A stretch of 64,000 nt of DNA, taken from contig NW_025215293.1 in NCBI RefSeq assembly GCF_004010195.1, positions 20,372 to 84,371 of the forward strand. The letters run 5' to 3'. The notes beneath the pieces are model-generated. The model searched no databases. It saw only the letters and a list, made by a program, of their open reading frames with translations, and was not told the DNA's origin. The translations under genes and the position numbers were made by a program. The DNA is from Chiloscyllium plagiosum (Eukaryota). Shown piece by piece: positions 1-11,819 of the stretch. Every line of letters starts with the position of its first letter. Within the stretch, counting starts at the first letter, position 1.

Positions 1-438
1 AGTCCATATAGATCACATCCACTGCTCTGCCCTCATCAATCTTATTTGTTACTTCTTCAAAAAACTCAATCAAGTTTCTGAGACATGATTTCCAAATACA
101 TGTACACCCTGTCCCGCAGGATTCCCTCCAACAACTTGTCCACCACTGAGGTCAGGCTGACCGGTCTATAGTTCCCTGGCTTGTCCTTACCTCCCTTCTT
201 AAACAATGGCATCATGTTTGCCAACCTCCAGTCTTCCGGCACCTCACCTGTGACTATCGATGATCCAAATATCTCAGCAAGAGGCCCAGCACTCACTTCT
301 CTAGCTTCCCACAGAGTTTTTGGGTACACCTGATCAGGTCCTGGGGATTTATCCACCTTTAACCATTTCAAGACATCCAGCACCTCCTCCTTTGTAATCT
401 GGACATTTTGCAAGATGTCACCATCTATTTCCCTACAG
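1..438 (-). mobile_element. CR1 (HER1-type) LINE ORF2 fragment, N-terminal RT region
   Basis: ORF 66..767 contains LKVDKSPGPDQVYPK...VPEDWRLAN..PLFKKGGKDKPGNYRPVSLTSVV, a typical CR1 RT domain 0/1. Confidence 0.93.
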
Positions 439-710
439 TATGTGTGCATGTGAGAGTGTGCCTGTGTGTGCATGTGAGAGTGTGCCTGTGTGTGCATGTA
501 GAGTGTGCCTGTGTGCGCATGTGAGAGTGTGCCTGTGTATGTATGTGAGAGTGTGCCTGTGTGTGCATGTGAGAGTGTGCCTGTGTGTATTTGAGAGTGT
601 GCCTGTGTGTGCATGTGAGAGTGTGCCTGTGTGTATGTGCGTGTGTGTGTCTGTGTGCATGTGAGAGTGTGCCTGTGTGTATGTGTGTGTGCGTGTGTCT
701 GTGTCTGTGT
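439..710. repeat. GT-rich minisatellite, ~22-bp unit (TGTGTGCATGTGAGAGTGTGCC)
   Basis: Tandem units visible directly. Confidence 0.9.
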
Positions 711-1450
711 GACCTGGATGGTGTTGCACTGCTTGAGTGTTGTTGGAAGGGGCACCCATCCAGGCAACCGGGGAGCGTACCATCACCCTCCTGATCTTGT
801 GCCTTGTAGATAATACCTTCTGAAGTCTTGAGGCAAGTTAATCACCACAGAGTTCCTTACTTCAGGTAACCATTGCATTTCCATGTGAGTCTAGTTCAGT
901 TTCTGGTCGGTGGTAACTCCCTCCATGAGGTTGATAGTGAGGAATTCGCTAATGGTCATGCCAAGAGGTACTGGTTGGATCCTCTGTTAATGGAGATGGT
1001 CATTGCGTGGCACAAAAATTACTTGCCGCATTTCAGCCCAAGCCTGGATATTGTCCATACCTTGTTGCGTTTGGACATGGATTGCTTCAGTATCTGAGGA
1101 ATCTGAACATTGTGCCATCATTGGCAAACGTGCCCACTTCTGACCTTATAGCCTGGGATTATGTTCGGCATGGAGCGGTTGGACCGAACGGTCTGTTTCC
1201 CTACCGAATGGCTGTATGACTCTATGATGGAGGGAAGGCCATTGATGAGGCAGCTGAAGATGGTTGGACCTAGGACACTACCCTGAGGAACTCCACCAGA
1301 GATGTCCTGGAAATTGACCTCCAACAACCACGTCAATCTCCCTGTATACAAAGTATGACTCCAACCAGCAGAGAGTTTGCCACCTGATGCCCATTGATTC
1401 CAATTTTGCGAGGGGTCCCTGATGTCAAACTTGATGAACTGAGGTCTTGA
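711..1450 (-). mobile_element. Decayed L2/CR1-group LINE RT fragment (second LINE family)
   Basis: Minus-frame [29 protein letters not shown] and SPVAWMGAP; same family as 50290-51180. Confidence 0.75.
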
Positions 1451-1984
1451 TATCAAGGGCAACCACTCAATGAATTGAGCTAACCTAGTGTTAGTTGAAT
1501 GTCAGATTTGAATGCGCCACAATACTGGCATTGTCTCAGCTAAGTAATGCTACGGTGGAAATCCCCATTGTGTTTGGCGCAAATAATAGTGTTCTCCTAC
1601 CCAATCCATGATTCCGTCTATTGTCTTAACAACAACAGCAAAACCACATTTGCGTAGCCTCTCCAATGAAATAAAATTCCCCAAGGCACTTCACAGGTGA
1701 GGTATACAATTATGTTTTACTCCAGGTGAGTGAGATCATCAAGAATTGCCTGAAACTTTGTCATCGAACACTGCCCTGTTGGGATAGACGTTGCATGATT
1801 CAGACTTTGATTATCCCAACAAAACAACCACATTCACGTGGGGCATTTAGTGGGATGTGAGGTCCTGGGGGCACTTCAGAAGCGAGACATATCAAAATTG
1901 GAATGCAAGACACGCAGAGCAACGCTACGACAAGTTACCAAGTGAGTCATGTGAAAGGAGAGTTTTCAAGACGTTAAACAGGAC

Positions 1985-2822
1985 AATAAAACTATTAGGA
2001 ACAGGAACAGAAGTAGGCCCGCAAGCCTGTTCTGCAATACCACAGCATCATAGCTGGTCTGACTGACACGACCCATGTCCATTTTGCCCTGTCAACCTTG
2101 ATTCTATGACCAATCAAGAATCTATCTATTCACCAGGACTCTGCCCCTACAGCTCTCTGTGCCAAGGAGTACCGAAGACTCAAACCTTCTAAGACAAGAA
2201 ATTGCTCCTCAGCTCATTCATAAATTGGTGCCCCTTTATTCTGAGACTATGCCCTCTGGGACTAGACTCCCACATGAGGGGAAACATCCTCTCAACATTG
2301 ACCCTGTCAAGCCACTCAAGACTCTCATATCTTTCAATGGGAGCACCCCTCCCCCCCCCCCCCCCCCCCATTCGTACAAGCTCCAGGAGTAGTGTCAACC
2401 TGTTTAGTCATTGCTCACAAGAAAGCTCCTTCATATTGGCGATCATCCAAGTGATTTATCGAGTCACAGAGTCATAGAGGTGTACAGCATGGAAACAGAC
2501 CCTTCGGTCCGACCCGTCCATGCCGACCAGATATCCCAACCCAATCTCGTCCCACCTGCCAGCACCCGGCCCATATTCCTCCAAACTCTTCCTATTCATA
2601 TACCTATCCAGATGCCTCTTAAATGTTGCAATTGTACCAGCCTCCACCACTTCCTCTGGCAGCTCATTCCACGCACATACCATCCTTTGTGTGAAAAAGT
2701 TGCCCCTTCGGTCTCTTTTATATCTTTCCCCTCTCACCCTAAACCTATGCCCTCTAATTCTGGACTCCCTGACCCCAGGGAAAAGACTTTGCCTATTCGC
2801 CCTATCCATGCCCCTCATAATC
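1985..2822 (-). mobile_element. Two adjacent CR1 3'-end fragments
   Basis: LDRVNVERMFPLMWESSPRGHSLRIKG (2189-2398) and RGMDRANRQSLFPGVRESRIRGHRF...NFFTQR...FKRHLD with CTCTATGA-type tail (2465-2820). Confidence 0.88.
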
Positions 2823-3199
2823 GGTAGGAGTTATTGTCTCCAGCAGGTGTAATGTCTTCTCAGGGGGGTTGGGGCAACCCTTGGAAAGCTGACCTCTGCT
2901 TGCTCCTCACAGCCCCATCGGCGGTCCCCCTGTGAGGTTTTGTTTTTATCCAGTTCCGCTTTGGTTCCTGTCCGACTTGCACCAATTTCAGGTAGAGTGC
3001 CTCATCAAAAACACAAACCCGTCTTCCTGAGTTTGGCTCCGTTGTTGATTACCTTCCAGACTCTTCCTGGTTGCTGTAAACCTCAATTCCAGTTCCATTA
3101 CCTCCGTCTCCCCTGAAGAGAGCAAGTCACACTCCCCCTCGCTCTCCATGTCGCTGGTGGCCTCTATCCCTGACACCATTTTAATGTAATCACGCCCAA

Positions 3200-3490
3200 T
3201 TAGCATCTGGTGCCTCACGCCCCTGGGGACCAGGCTTCGATTCCGGCCTCTGGCATCCCCTCCCTGTGTCTGCATGGGTTTCCTCACGGTGCTCCGGTTT
3301 CCTCCCACATGTTTAGGTTAGGGTGGACTGGCCTTGGGCAAACTGCCCTGTCGTGTCCAGGGAGGGGCTGGCTAGGTGGATGAGCCATGGGAGATGTGGG
3401 GTTACAGGGATAAGGCGGGGATGGGATGCTCTTCAAACTTCAACATCTAAAGGCCGACTGGCCTTCCTCTACAGTGTAGGTATTCCTCTA
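3200..3490 (+). mobile_element. HE1-like SINE (degraded)
   Basis: B-box-like TTCGATTCC, GGTTTCCTCCCACA core, CTACAGTGTAGG tail. Confidence 0.7.
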
Positions 3491-4344
3491 AGAGAGAATG
3501 TCACATCCCAACTTGACATGACTCTTTGCAATCAACAAAATATTCGAACAAAGGCCTACCCAGTGTGTTATCATCGTGTCCTTTCTTTTGTATTCTGTTC
3601 CTCTCATTCTAACGCTCAGGGCTAAACTCTTTGGATTATTCAGCTATTTAATAGTCAATTGGTCCTACAGAAGTCATGTACAACCTGGAGAAGACATATC
3701 CTGTTTAAGCTTCCTCTTTGCACTCATCAGGACTCTTTGCAAGAGTACCAGTTCAATAGGAAACCAAACGGTCATACAATCTGAGAGGTGGTTTTGCCCT
3801 TGAATGAAGACCATAAGCAGATGTGGCACAGGGCTGATGTGCTGGTCAATCAGCAGAAAGGGGATAAAGTCGAATTGAAGATCTTTATTGGACTAAGAGT
3901 CAGTGAACAGTTAGATTGTTGGTCGCCCAGTTAGGACAGAGATGAGGAATGGTTTCTACTCTCAGAGGCAAATCGAATTCTTTACCCACGGACGGATCTT
4001 ACAGTTGGCCGTTAAATAAAGTCAAGGCTGAGATAGTCAGGTTTTTACTGAGGAAGGGAATCGAGGGTTATGGAGAAAAGGCAGGAACGTGGAGTTGAGG
4101 ATGATCAGATCCTCACTTAGCGGTGGAGCAGATCCGATGGGCTCGATGGTCTACTTCCGCTCTGACAGCTCTGGGTCTGTGTGTGAAGCCGAATTTGCAC
4201 GTTAATGCGCTTGTGAGTCTTTGTTGAGAAGTGAGAGTCTGCAAGTTTTTGAAAAATCTGAAGGGTTCACACGTTCCTTTTGTGTGTCTGTGGGAGCAAC
4301 TGTGTCCATATGAGAGAAAGGTGCTGTCCTCTGAGAGAAGGTGA

Positions 4345-5005
4345 GAGGGTGTCTGAGTGTCCATACATCTCCAAGTGTGTGTGTCTGTGAGTGAGAGTGT
4401 GTCTGTGTTTGCATGTGTGTGCATTTACATCTGTGAGTTTGAGTCTGGTGTGTGTATCTGTGTGAGTGTGTGTTGGTCNNNNNNNNNNNNNNNNNNNNNN
4501 NNNNNNNNNNNNNNNNNNNNNNNNNNNNNNNNNNNNNNNNNNNNNNNNNNNNNNNNNNNNNNNNNNNNNNNNNNNNNNNNNNNNNNNNNNNNNNNNNNNN
4601 NNNNNNNNNNNNNNNNNNNNNNNNNNNNNNNNNNNNNNNNNNNNNNNNNNNNNNNNNNNNNNNNNNNNNNNNNNNNNNNNNNNNNNNNNNNNNNNNNNNN
4701 NNNNNNNNNNNNNNNNNNNNNNNNNNNNNNNNNNNNNNNNNNNNNNNNNNNNNNNNNNNNNNNNNNNNNNNNNNNNNNNNNNNNNNNNNNNNNNNNNNNN
4801 NNNGTGTATATGTTTGTGTTTGTGTATCTGTGTCTGTGTGTATGTGCATCTGTGTATGTGTGTGTGTGCGCTGTTTCTGTTGTGTGCCTCTGTGTGTGTC
4901 TGCGTGTGTGTGTCTGTGTGCATGTGTGTGTCTGTGAGTGTGAATGTTAATGTGTGCGTGTCTGTGTGTGTTTCTGTGCGTCTGTTGAGTGTGCGTGTAT
5001 GCACG
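4345..5005. repeat. Degenerate (GT)n microsatellite spanning the gap
   Basis: Visible directly; further GT tracts at 5686-5812 and 6035-6240. Confidence 0.9.
4479..4803. other. Assembly gap (325 N) inside a GT-rich repeat
   Basis: Run of N. Confidence 1.
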
Positions 5006-5006
5006 G

Positions 5007-5685
5007 TGTTGTGGGTAAACTCACCACAAATTACCTTTCATTTGGCTAATTATTAAGAAAGCTCACAGATAACCGAGGACTGAAACAATATTGCAAACTT
5101 TATTGCAAGTTGCAACCAAAATCAATCTGTGAAGTTAAACCTCACAACCCAACTTGGCGATTATCCAATTAAGGATGGAATCAGGCCAGGATGTCACCAA
5201 CAGTGACTGTCTCTTCAAGTGTTCAGGTTTTGAACTTTATACAGTATAGTTCTTTGACGTTCCTGCTAAGGGAGGGTTCTGGTGTTGGATTCTTGTATAA
5301 TGTCAAGCTTGTGATGTGACATAATTGATGATTCAATAGATTATCTCATCTCCAACATTGATTACACTTTCAGAGACCTCAAGTCTGTAGCCTGCCTCTT
5401 CGTCAGAAGTAATTCCTTTGAACCTTGTTACATTCGGGAATAGCTGCCTAAAACCCAGTTTTTCCTGCAATTAATTCCTCACATTCTCCGGCAGGACAGT
5501 CCTTGTCCTTTGTGGTAATGAAGCATCTAGTTTATCAAGCAGCTGTCAGAGCTGATTTGTTTCTGAAATCTCATTAAGACTTGGCTAATTGCTGTCAGTC
5601 TCCGTGTGAGAACTTGTTCCAGACAGAGTTATTGCTGGTTGCGCCAACCCATGAAGTTATTAAAATTATGAAGTTTACATCGTCA
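5007..5685 (-). mobile_element. Candidate solo LTR
   Basis: Complex block embedded in GT repeat; TG...CA ends with GTAAACT/AGTTTAC inverted motif; minus-strand TATAAA (~5236-5241) followed by AATAAA (~5098-5103); no clear TSD. Confidence 0.45.
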
Positions 5686-6959
5686 CTGTGTGTGTGTGTG
5701 TTTGTGTGTGTGTGTGAGAGAGAGAGAGTGTGTGTGTGTATGTGTGTGAGAGAGAGTGTGTGTGTGCATGTGTACGTGAGTGTGTGTGTATGTGTCTATA
5801 TGTGTGTGTGTGAACGTAGCCTTTCTGCAGGTCCCTACATATCTGTACCTGCAGAAGTACAGCTCGTTCAGGACCTGGGGAACGAAGCTTATCAGTCAAT
5901 CATCATAATTCCTGATGAGGGTGGTTACAAGAAAAGAGCAGATTGTTGCAATATTCGAATCCCCATGGCATTGAGTGACAGCTACAGAAATGTTTTGAGG
6001 AACCGTTCCTGCATAAACACGTCCTCAGCCTCAGTGTGTGAGAATATGTGTGTGTGAGTGTGTAAGTGTGTGTATGTGTGTGTGAGTGTAAGTGTGTGTA
6101 TATGTGTGTGAGAGTATGTGTGTGTGTGTCTGCCTATGTGGTTATGTGTGGGTGTGTTTTTGAATATGTGAGTCTTGATACAGATACAAAAATATACCCA
6201 GATACATGAGGATACTTGTGTGTGTGTGTGCATGCATATACTCTGTATTCTGTAAATGGACGCATTTGAGTGCGTGCGCGCGCACTGAGATGCATTGGTC
6301 AGGTGCACTTGTAAGCAGGCCTGTCTCTCACTGTCTCTATTCCCATGAAGTGAGCTCAGATAAGCACACCATGCAGTCTCACACCGTGGGTTCAAGCCTG
6401 TGCGTGTGTGAGTGTGAGTTAGCACATGCCGTCCGCACTCAGCCCACGAATATCCTCGTTGATACTGTCATCAGTTTGGAATCCCTCGGACAAACGCTTG
6501 ATGCCGACACTACATTGGGAATGTTTAACCCAGAGGGAATGGGAACAGGGCGCCCAGTTGGGTTGTCAACTACGATCGTAATGGATAGCAGAGCAATCTC
6601 AAAGGGCTGAATGGCCTTCTGCTGCTCCTATCCTTTCCATGAATGGTGGGACAGGCCCTACTCCGGCTCAGGTTACCATTGCCCATTGTTGCCCTCTCCA
6701 TTTTTTTAAGAAGCCCTTCCCCCATTAGGTCCTGACCAGGCCTTCCTCATACCTCTTGTTGGGTTAATTCTGAGCTCCTTCTCTTCCTAGTCATTACCCA
6801 ATCTCGTCCAAAGCCGTAATTAATCTCTTCCCCTGCCCTTTCCCACCAGGCAGTCAGATTAAAAAACATCCCATTAAGGATGACTTCAGCTGAGGCGTGC
6901 GACGTTGGTGACTTTTCCTCTTGTACGCTAATAGTTGCGTACAGTACCCGTCAATAAGT

Positions 6960-7530
6960 CCCTTTGACCATTTAATAATTCACCGGTACCTTTCCCAATG
7001 TCATCTGTTGCACCCGGAGTGGTCTCCTCTACATCAGGGAGACAGGACACATTCTTGCGGATCATCTCTGGGACACCCACACCCACCAACCCCACCATCC
7101 TGTGGCTGAATGTTTCAACTCCCTCTCCCACTCCATCAAGGACATGCAGGTCCTTGTGGGCCTCCTCCACTGCCAAACCATTACCATCCAACGCCTGGAG
7201 GAGGAACGCCTCATATTCCGCCTTGAGACCCTGCAACTACACAGGATAAATGTGGATTTCAACAGCTTCCTCATTTCCTCTCCCCTCCACATTATCCCAG
7301 TCCCAAACCTCCAACTTGGCACCGCCCTTCAGACCCATCTATCACTGCCCCTCTCTAACCTATCACCTTCTCCCTCACCTTCATCCACCTATCGCTTTCC
7401 CAGCTACCTCCCCCAACCCCATCCCCTGCTATTTCTCAGCCCCAACCCACAAGCCTCATTTCTTATGAAGAGCTTATATGTCGATTCTCCTGCTCCTCGG
7501 ACGCTGCCTGTCCTGCTGTGCTTTTCCAGC
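6960..7530 (+). mobile_element. Penelope-like element 3' fragment (GIY-YIG remnant plus degenerate terminal repeat)
   Basis: AECFNSLSHSIKDMQVLVGLLHC...RLEEERLIFRLETLQLHRINVDFNSF; terminal GTCGATTCTCCTGCTCCTCGGACGCTGCC. Confidence 0.8.
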
Positions 7531-7944
7531 ACCTCACTCAGGACTCCCTTTGACCCGTCAAAGCCCGCGCTGCTGAAAACACATGACTTCCCACGCAAGG
7601 CCCGTTTTCCCACATTAGGCCTTGAAAAAAATCTATGATATTTCGAGTGGCTCTTCCAACTACCTTTTTAAGGTTTCCCACCTCTACTACCTTCCCATCC
7701 CAGATTCCCACCGCCCTCTGACTGAGAATAGCGTCCCCTCAAGCCCCCTCTGAAACTCCTGCCCTTGTTATCGTTCTTTCAGGTCTGTGGATTTTACTAA
7801 AGCAGATTGCCACTGAGAACGTCTGCGCTGTAAGGTTTAATCTGTGGCTTGCGTTTGGCCTCAGTGCGTTATTTGTGCGGGGAATCGCTGCCGTGTGAGA
7901 CAGCTCTCATCGATCCCGCCAGGCCCGCAAGCCTGTATTTTCCC

Positions 7945-8140
7945 ATGGCTAATCTCCCTAGCCTGCACACCTCTGGACAATTGAGCATGGCCAATCCCCC
8001 CTGACCTGCGCATCTTTAGACTGTGAGAGGGAACCGGAGCACCCGGAGGAAACCCACACACAGACACGGGGAGGGCGTGCAAACTCTACACCGAAGGGTG
8101 GAATTGAACCCAGTTCCTGTCACTGTGTTAACTGCTGAGC
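7945..8140 (-). mobile_element. HE1-like SINE
   Basis: CCGGAGCACCCGGAGGAAACCCAC and GTGCAAACTC motifs. Confidence 0.8.
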
Positions 8141-8265
8141 CTATGAGTTTTTGAGTCTTCTTGCCAAAGAGAGCAATGGGAGGTGGGGGAGAGGGACTGG
8201 GTGCAGTGTCCTTGTGAATGCTTCGGGCCAACAGAGATAGATTCCTAGACAGATAGATCTCTCAT

Positions 8266-8851
8266 TGACTGGGCCAGACCCCCTCAGAATACTTGAAGAA
8301 GGTAGCCTAGACCCTAACATTTTCTTATTGTAAAGGCAGTTGTGAAGTGGGTGTTGCAGGTGGGATGCAGCTGGTCAAACCTGCTCAGCTTCAAGCAAAC
8401 CAGAATTTATTCCAACACTCCAGTTGAAACACAAACAAAACAAAACAGGATTCAAAATAAGTTAACTATAACCAACCCGCTGCAGCAACTTAACAAAGGC
8501 ATCGCTCCAATCCAGTAATATCCCATAAACACACCCCTCAACAAAAAGGTAAGGTCAAACACAGTTTCATACAGGCAGGAGGGAGCAACATCCAGAGAGA
8601 GATCTCAGAGCCAAGGTCAGTCAGGAATCAGTCACTGAAATTGCAACGTTCCTGCACTCCAGCATCTCGGGACTGCTACAGCTGAACTCAACTAGAAAGC
8701 GCCTGGACTGGGTCAACTGGCCTCTCCCCTGCCGTGGCTAAACGTGGCTTTTCCCAGACCCCACGGCACCTCTGCCTTTACGATCTCTCTTAAGGGACAA
8801 AAAAAAAACCCAGGAATAAAACGACCTTGTTAAAGTGACAGCATGGTCACA
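8266..8851. mobile_element. Candidate solo LTR inserted into a CR1 3' end
   Basis: TGAC...GTCACA termini; interrupts a CR1 3' tail that resumes at ~8855 (GAGGGGCCGAATGGCCTACTC); minus-strand AATAAA at ~8405. Confidence 0.45.
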
Positions 8852-9169
8852 TATCGATCAGTCGGTGTTACAGGGAAAATGCAGGAAAGTGAGCGGGTGG
8901 AACCCTCAATCGGTTCAGCCGTGATCCTACTGAATGTTGGAGCAGGTTTGAGGGGCCGAATGGCCTACTCTTGTCCTCATATCTAATGGCAGGTTCGGAA
9001 TGCTTATGAAGCAGACACTTGAGTTTGGAATTCACAAATATTTTCTTGTAAACTGTTAATCCAGGAGCACCACCTGCAAGGATTCATTAAGCATCGCTTT
9101 ATTTTCTGAGATGGTAATTTCCACTCGAAGGTTTATCTTCATATCCCTTTCGTGTCTGCTCCACCTGCG

Positions 9170-9470
9170 GTGGATGGCACAGTGGTTAGCACTGCTGCCT
9201 CCCAGCACCCGCGGGTCCCGGTTTGATTCCAGCCTCGGACAGACAGGTCTGTGTGAAGTTTGCACATTCCCCCCCAGTGTCTGCGTGTGTTTGCTCCCCC
9301 GGTTTCCTTCCCCCAGTCCTAAACATGCGCCGGTTAGGAGAATTGGGCCCTCGCACCCGGAGACGAGTAGATTAGCTATGGGAAATGCAGGGTTATGGAA
9401 ATGGGATGCACTTCGGAGGGTTGGTATTGACTCAATGGGCCGAATGGCCTCTTTCCACACTGTAGGAAAT
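9170..9470 (+). mobile_element. HE1 SINE
   Basis: A-box CAGTGGTTAGCACTGCTGCC, B-box GGTTTGATTCC, tail GGGCCGAATGGCC...CACACTGTAGG. Confidence 0.85.
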
Positions 9471-9763
9471 CAGTGTTGCCTTTCCAGGGACAGTTTAATG
9501 TGACTGAGAGGAGGGAACAGATTGCAAATCTGAAACTTGCAAGTGTTTTCATTGCAATTGTTCACAAGAAAAGCATTTTGTACAAAAGCAATTAAGATTC
9601 TTCATGAGAAGCTGAGAAGTGTAACAGTCCCCTGACATAGCAACACAGCAAGTATAACAAGAGAGTAAAGTCGGAAAATACTGGGAAGATGAAGCAGCTC
9701 CAACAGCATCTGGAGAAAGAGGATCAGAATTAACATTCACATCAAAGGTTATTGCTCCAGGTG

Positions 9764-10370
9764 TCAGTGTGTGTGAGAGAGACAGAGACTGTGTGTGTGT
9801 GAGTGTGTGTAAGAGTGCCTGTGCCTGTGTGTGTGAGAGTGTGTGCGTGTGTAAGAGTGCCTATGCCTGTGTGTGTGAGTGTGCGCATGTGTAAGAGTGC
9901 CTGTGCCTGTGTGTGTGAGAGTGTGTGCGTGTGTAAGAGTGCCTATGCCTGTGTGTGTGAGTGTGCGCATGTGTAAGAGTGCCTGTGCCTGTGTGTGTGT
10001 GTGCGCATGTGTAAGAGTGCCTATGCCTGTGTGTGTGAGTGTGCGCATGTGTAAGAGTGCCTGTGCCTGTGTGTGTGCGTGTGTAAGAGTGCCTGTGCCT
10101 GTGTGTGTGAGTGTGTGCGTGTGTAAGAGTGCCTATGCCTGTGTGTGTGAGTGTGCGCATGTGTAAGAGTGCCTGTGCCTGTGTGTGTGCGTGTGTAAGA
10201 GTGCCTGTGCCTGTGTGTGTGAGTGTGTGCGTGTGAGTGTGTGTGTGTTTGTGAGTGTGAGTGTCTCTGTATATACGTGTGTGTGTGTGTCTGTCTGTCT
10301 GAGTGTGTGTGTGTTTGTGAGTGTGAGTGTCTCTGTATATACGTGTGTGTGTGTCTGTCTGTCTGTCTTC
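9764..10370. repeat. GT-rich minisatellite (GTGTAAGAGTGCCTRTGCCTGTGTG units), probably within the GPCR 3' UTR
   Basis: Tandem units visible; begins ~125 bp downstream of the GPCR stop on the minus strand. Confidence 0.9.
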
Positions 10371-10494
10371 GATGGAGTTGCCAATGTTGGCTGACACTTT
10401 GCCCAGTGCGCCCCTTCCTTCACCAAGCGCCCCACCCTCACCATTTCAGAGGCGACAGTTCAGGCAAAGGCAAGGTGAAGGAAGGCCTGGGCCC

Positions 10495-11598
10495 TCAGAG
10501 AGCAGCTTGACGTGACGATTTTGTCTCCGACGTCGCCTTTGTTCGAAAGCTGATTGTAGGCCCGTCGCCCCGGCAACACAAGCGCCTCCACTGGAAGGTG
10601 TTGCTGGTGAATGAGTAGACCACGGGGTCCAGGCAGCTGTTGAGGCTGGTCAGCGCCATGGTAACCCGCCGGGCCGAGTAGGTGAACTGGATGAGGCGGC
10701 AGCTGGACAGCACCCGAATCCGCCTCAGGGTGTGCACCAACTGGATGAGGTGGTAGGGCACGAAGCAAATGAGGAAGACCACCAGTACCAGGAGTACCGT
10801 GCGGAGGGCCTTTCGCTTCACCGTGTGCACCGACTCCTTGCCGACGGTGGGCTCCAGCAGCTTCTTGGCGATGAGGGGGTAGCAGACGATGATGACCACC
10901 AGCGGGATGAAGAAGCCAATGATGGCAGCCACAATACTGATCCCGGAGATGCGGCGGCCCCAGGACTTGGCGTTGAAGTTCTCCAGGCACGCTGTGTTGC
11001 CGTTGGGGAACCGGCTGGTCAGCGGCCCTCCGAGGCACAGGTAAAGCAGGATGGAGGCCAGCAGCAGCCAGATGAGGCAGCACGTGACCACGCGGTAGCG
11101 GGTTTTGCGCAGCCAAAGCGAGCGGATGGGGTGGACCACGGCGATGTAGCGGTCCACGCAGATGCAGGTGAGGAAGAGAGTGCTGCCGTACATGTTGGCG
11201 AAGAAGAGGGAGCCGGTGATCTTGCACGCCACCTCGCCGAAGATCCAGTCGTTCTCCAGGGCGTGGTAGACGATTTTGAAGGGGAGCAGAACGGTGAAGA
11301 TGAGGTCGATCACGGCCAGGTTGATCATGAAGATGTCAGAGGGCGTGAACTCCCCCTTCTTCCTGAAGAGGTACCAGAGGACGCAGAGGTTGGAGACGGT
11401 GCCAAAGACAAACACCAGGCTGTACACCACGGGAAACAGGACATACTGGAAGTCGGCGCTGACCTGGCAGGAGTTTGTGTTGTTGGTGAGGTTGGCACTG
11501 CCTGTGGAATTGATATCCATTGGGGACGATGTGTATGATGCCCATCCCAGGGACCAGTCTCGCTGGGTCACAGTGGAACCAGTGTCAGCTGTCAGCAT
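10495..11598 (-). CDS. Class A delta-group GPCR, P2Y/LPAR6 (P2Y5)-like, 367 aa (341 aa from the second ATG at 11520)
   Basis: Intact ORF with 7 hydrophobic segments, N-terminal glycosylation sequons, NLAVID (TM2), CKITG..NMYGS..CICVDRY (TM3), CLENF (ECL2), CFVPYH (TM6), NSCLDPVVY (TM7); high GC3. Confidence 0.95.
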   Translation of the reverse strand: MLTADTGSTVTQRDWSLGWASYTSSPMDINSTGSANLTNNTNSCQVSADFQYVLFPVVYSLVFVFGTVSNLCVLWYLFRKKGEFTPSDIFMINLAVIDLIFTVLLPFKIVYHALENDWIFGEVACKITGSLFFANMYGSTLFLTCICVDRYIAVVHPIRSLWLRKTRYRVVTCCLIWLLLASILLYLCLGGPLTSRFPNGNTACLENFNAKSWGRRISGISIVAAIIGFFIPLVVIIVCYPLIAKKLLEPTVGKESVHTVKRKALRTVLLVLVVFLICFVPYHLIQLVHTLRRIRVLSSCRLIQFTYSARRVTMALTSLNSCLDPVVYSFTSNTFQWRRLCCRGDGPTISFRTKATSETKSSRQAAL

Positions 11599-11623
11599 GT
11601 TTGGGTCAGTCGTGGCAAGGAAT

Positions 11624-11663
11624 CTGAAATTATAATAACAAGAAGCAACAGAATTGCATTAGC
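11624..11663 (-). promoter_or_regulatory. Splice acceptor and branch point of the GPCR coding exon
   Basis: Minus strand GCTAAT...TTCTGTTGCTTCTTGTTATTATAATTTCAG|ATTCC, 25 nt before the ATG. Confidence 0.7.
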
Positions 11664-11819
11664 ATATGCGAATTTCGGTTTGAATCCAACAAAACATCTT
11701 TGTTATGCCACTAGAGTGCACTGGCCTTAATCTACACATTCCTTACATTGGGAGAAGACATTGGTGGGACAGTCTTCACAGGCTGAAGGGCCTTTTCATT
11801 TCTGTATGATTCAAACTGT

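Noticed and set aside
433..10510. His/Thr- and Cys/Val-rich ORFs (also 48222-48806) and ORFs crossing the N gap
   Set aside because: Translations of (CA)n/(GT)n repeats or of Ns.
10732..11538. 268-aa antisense ORF, and the 255-aa alternative-frame ORF 10460-11227, overlapping the GPCR
   Set aside because: Expected by-product of high GC3 codon usage; no recognisable protein features.
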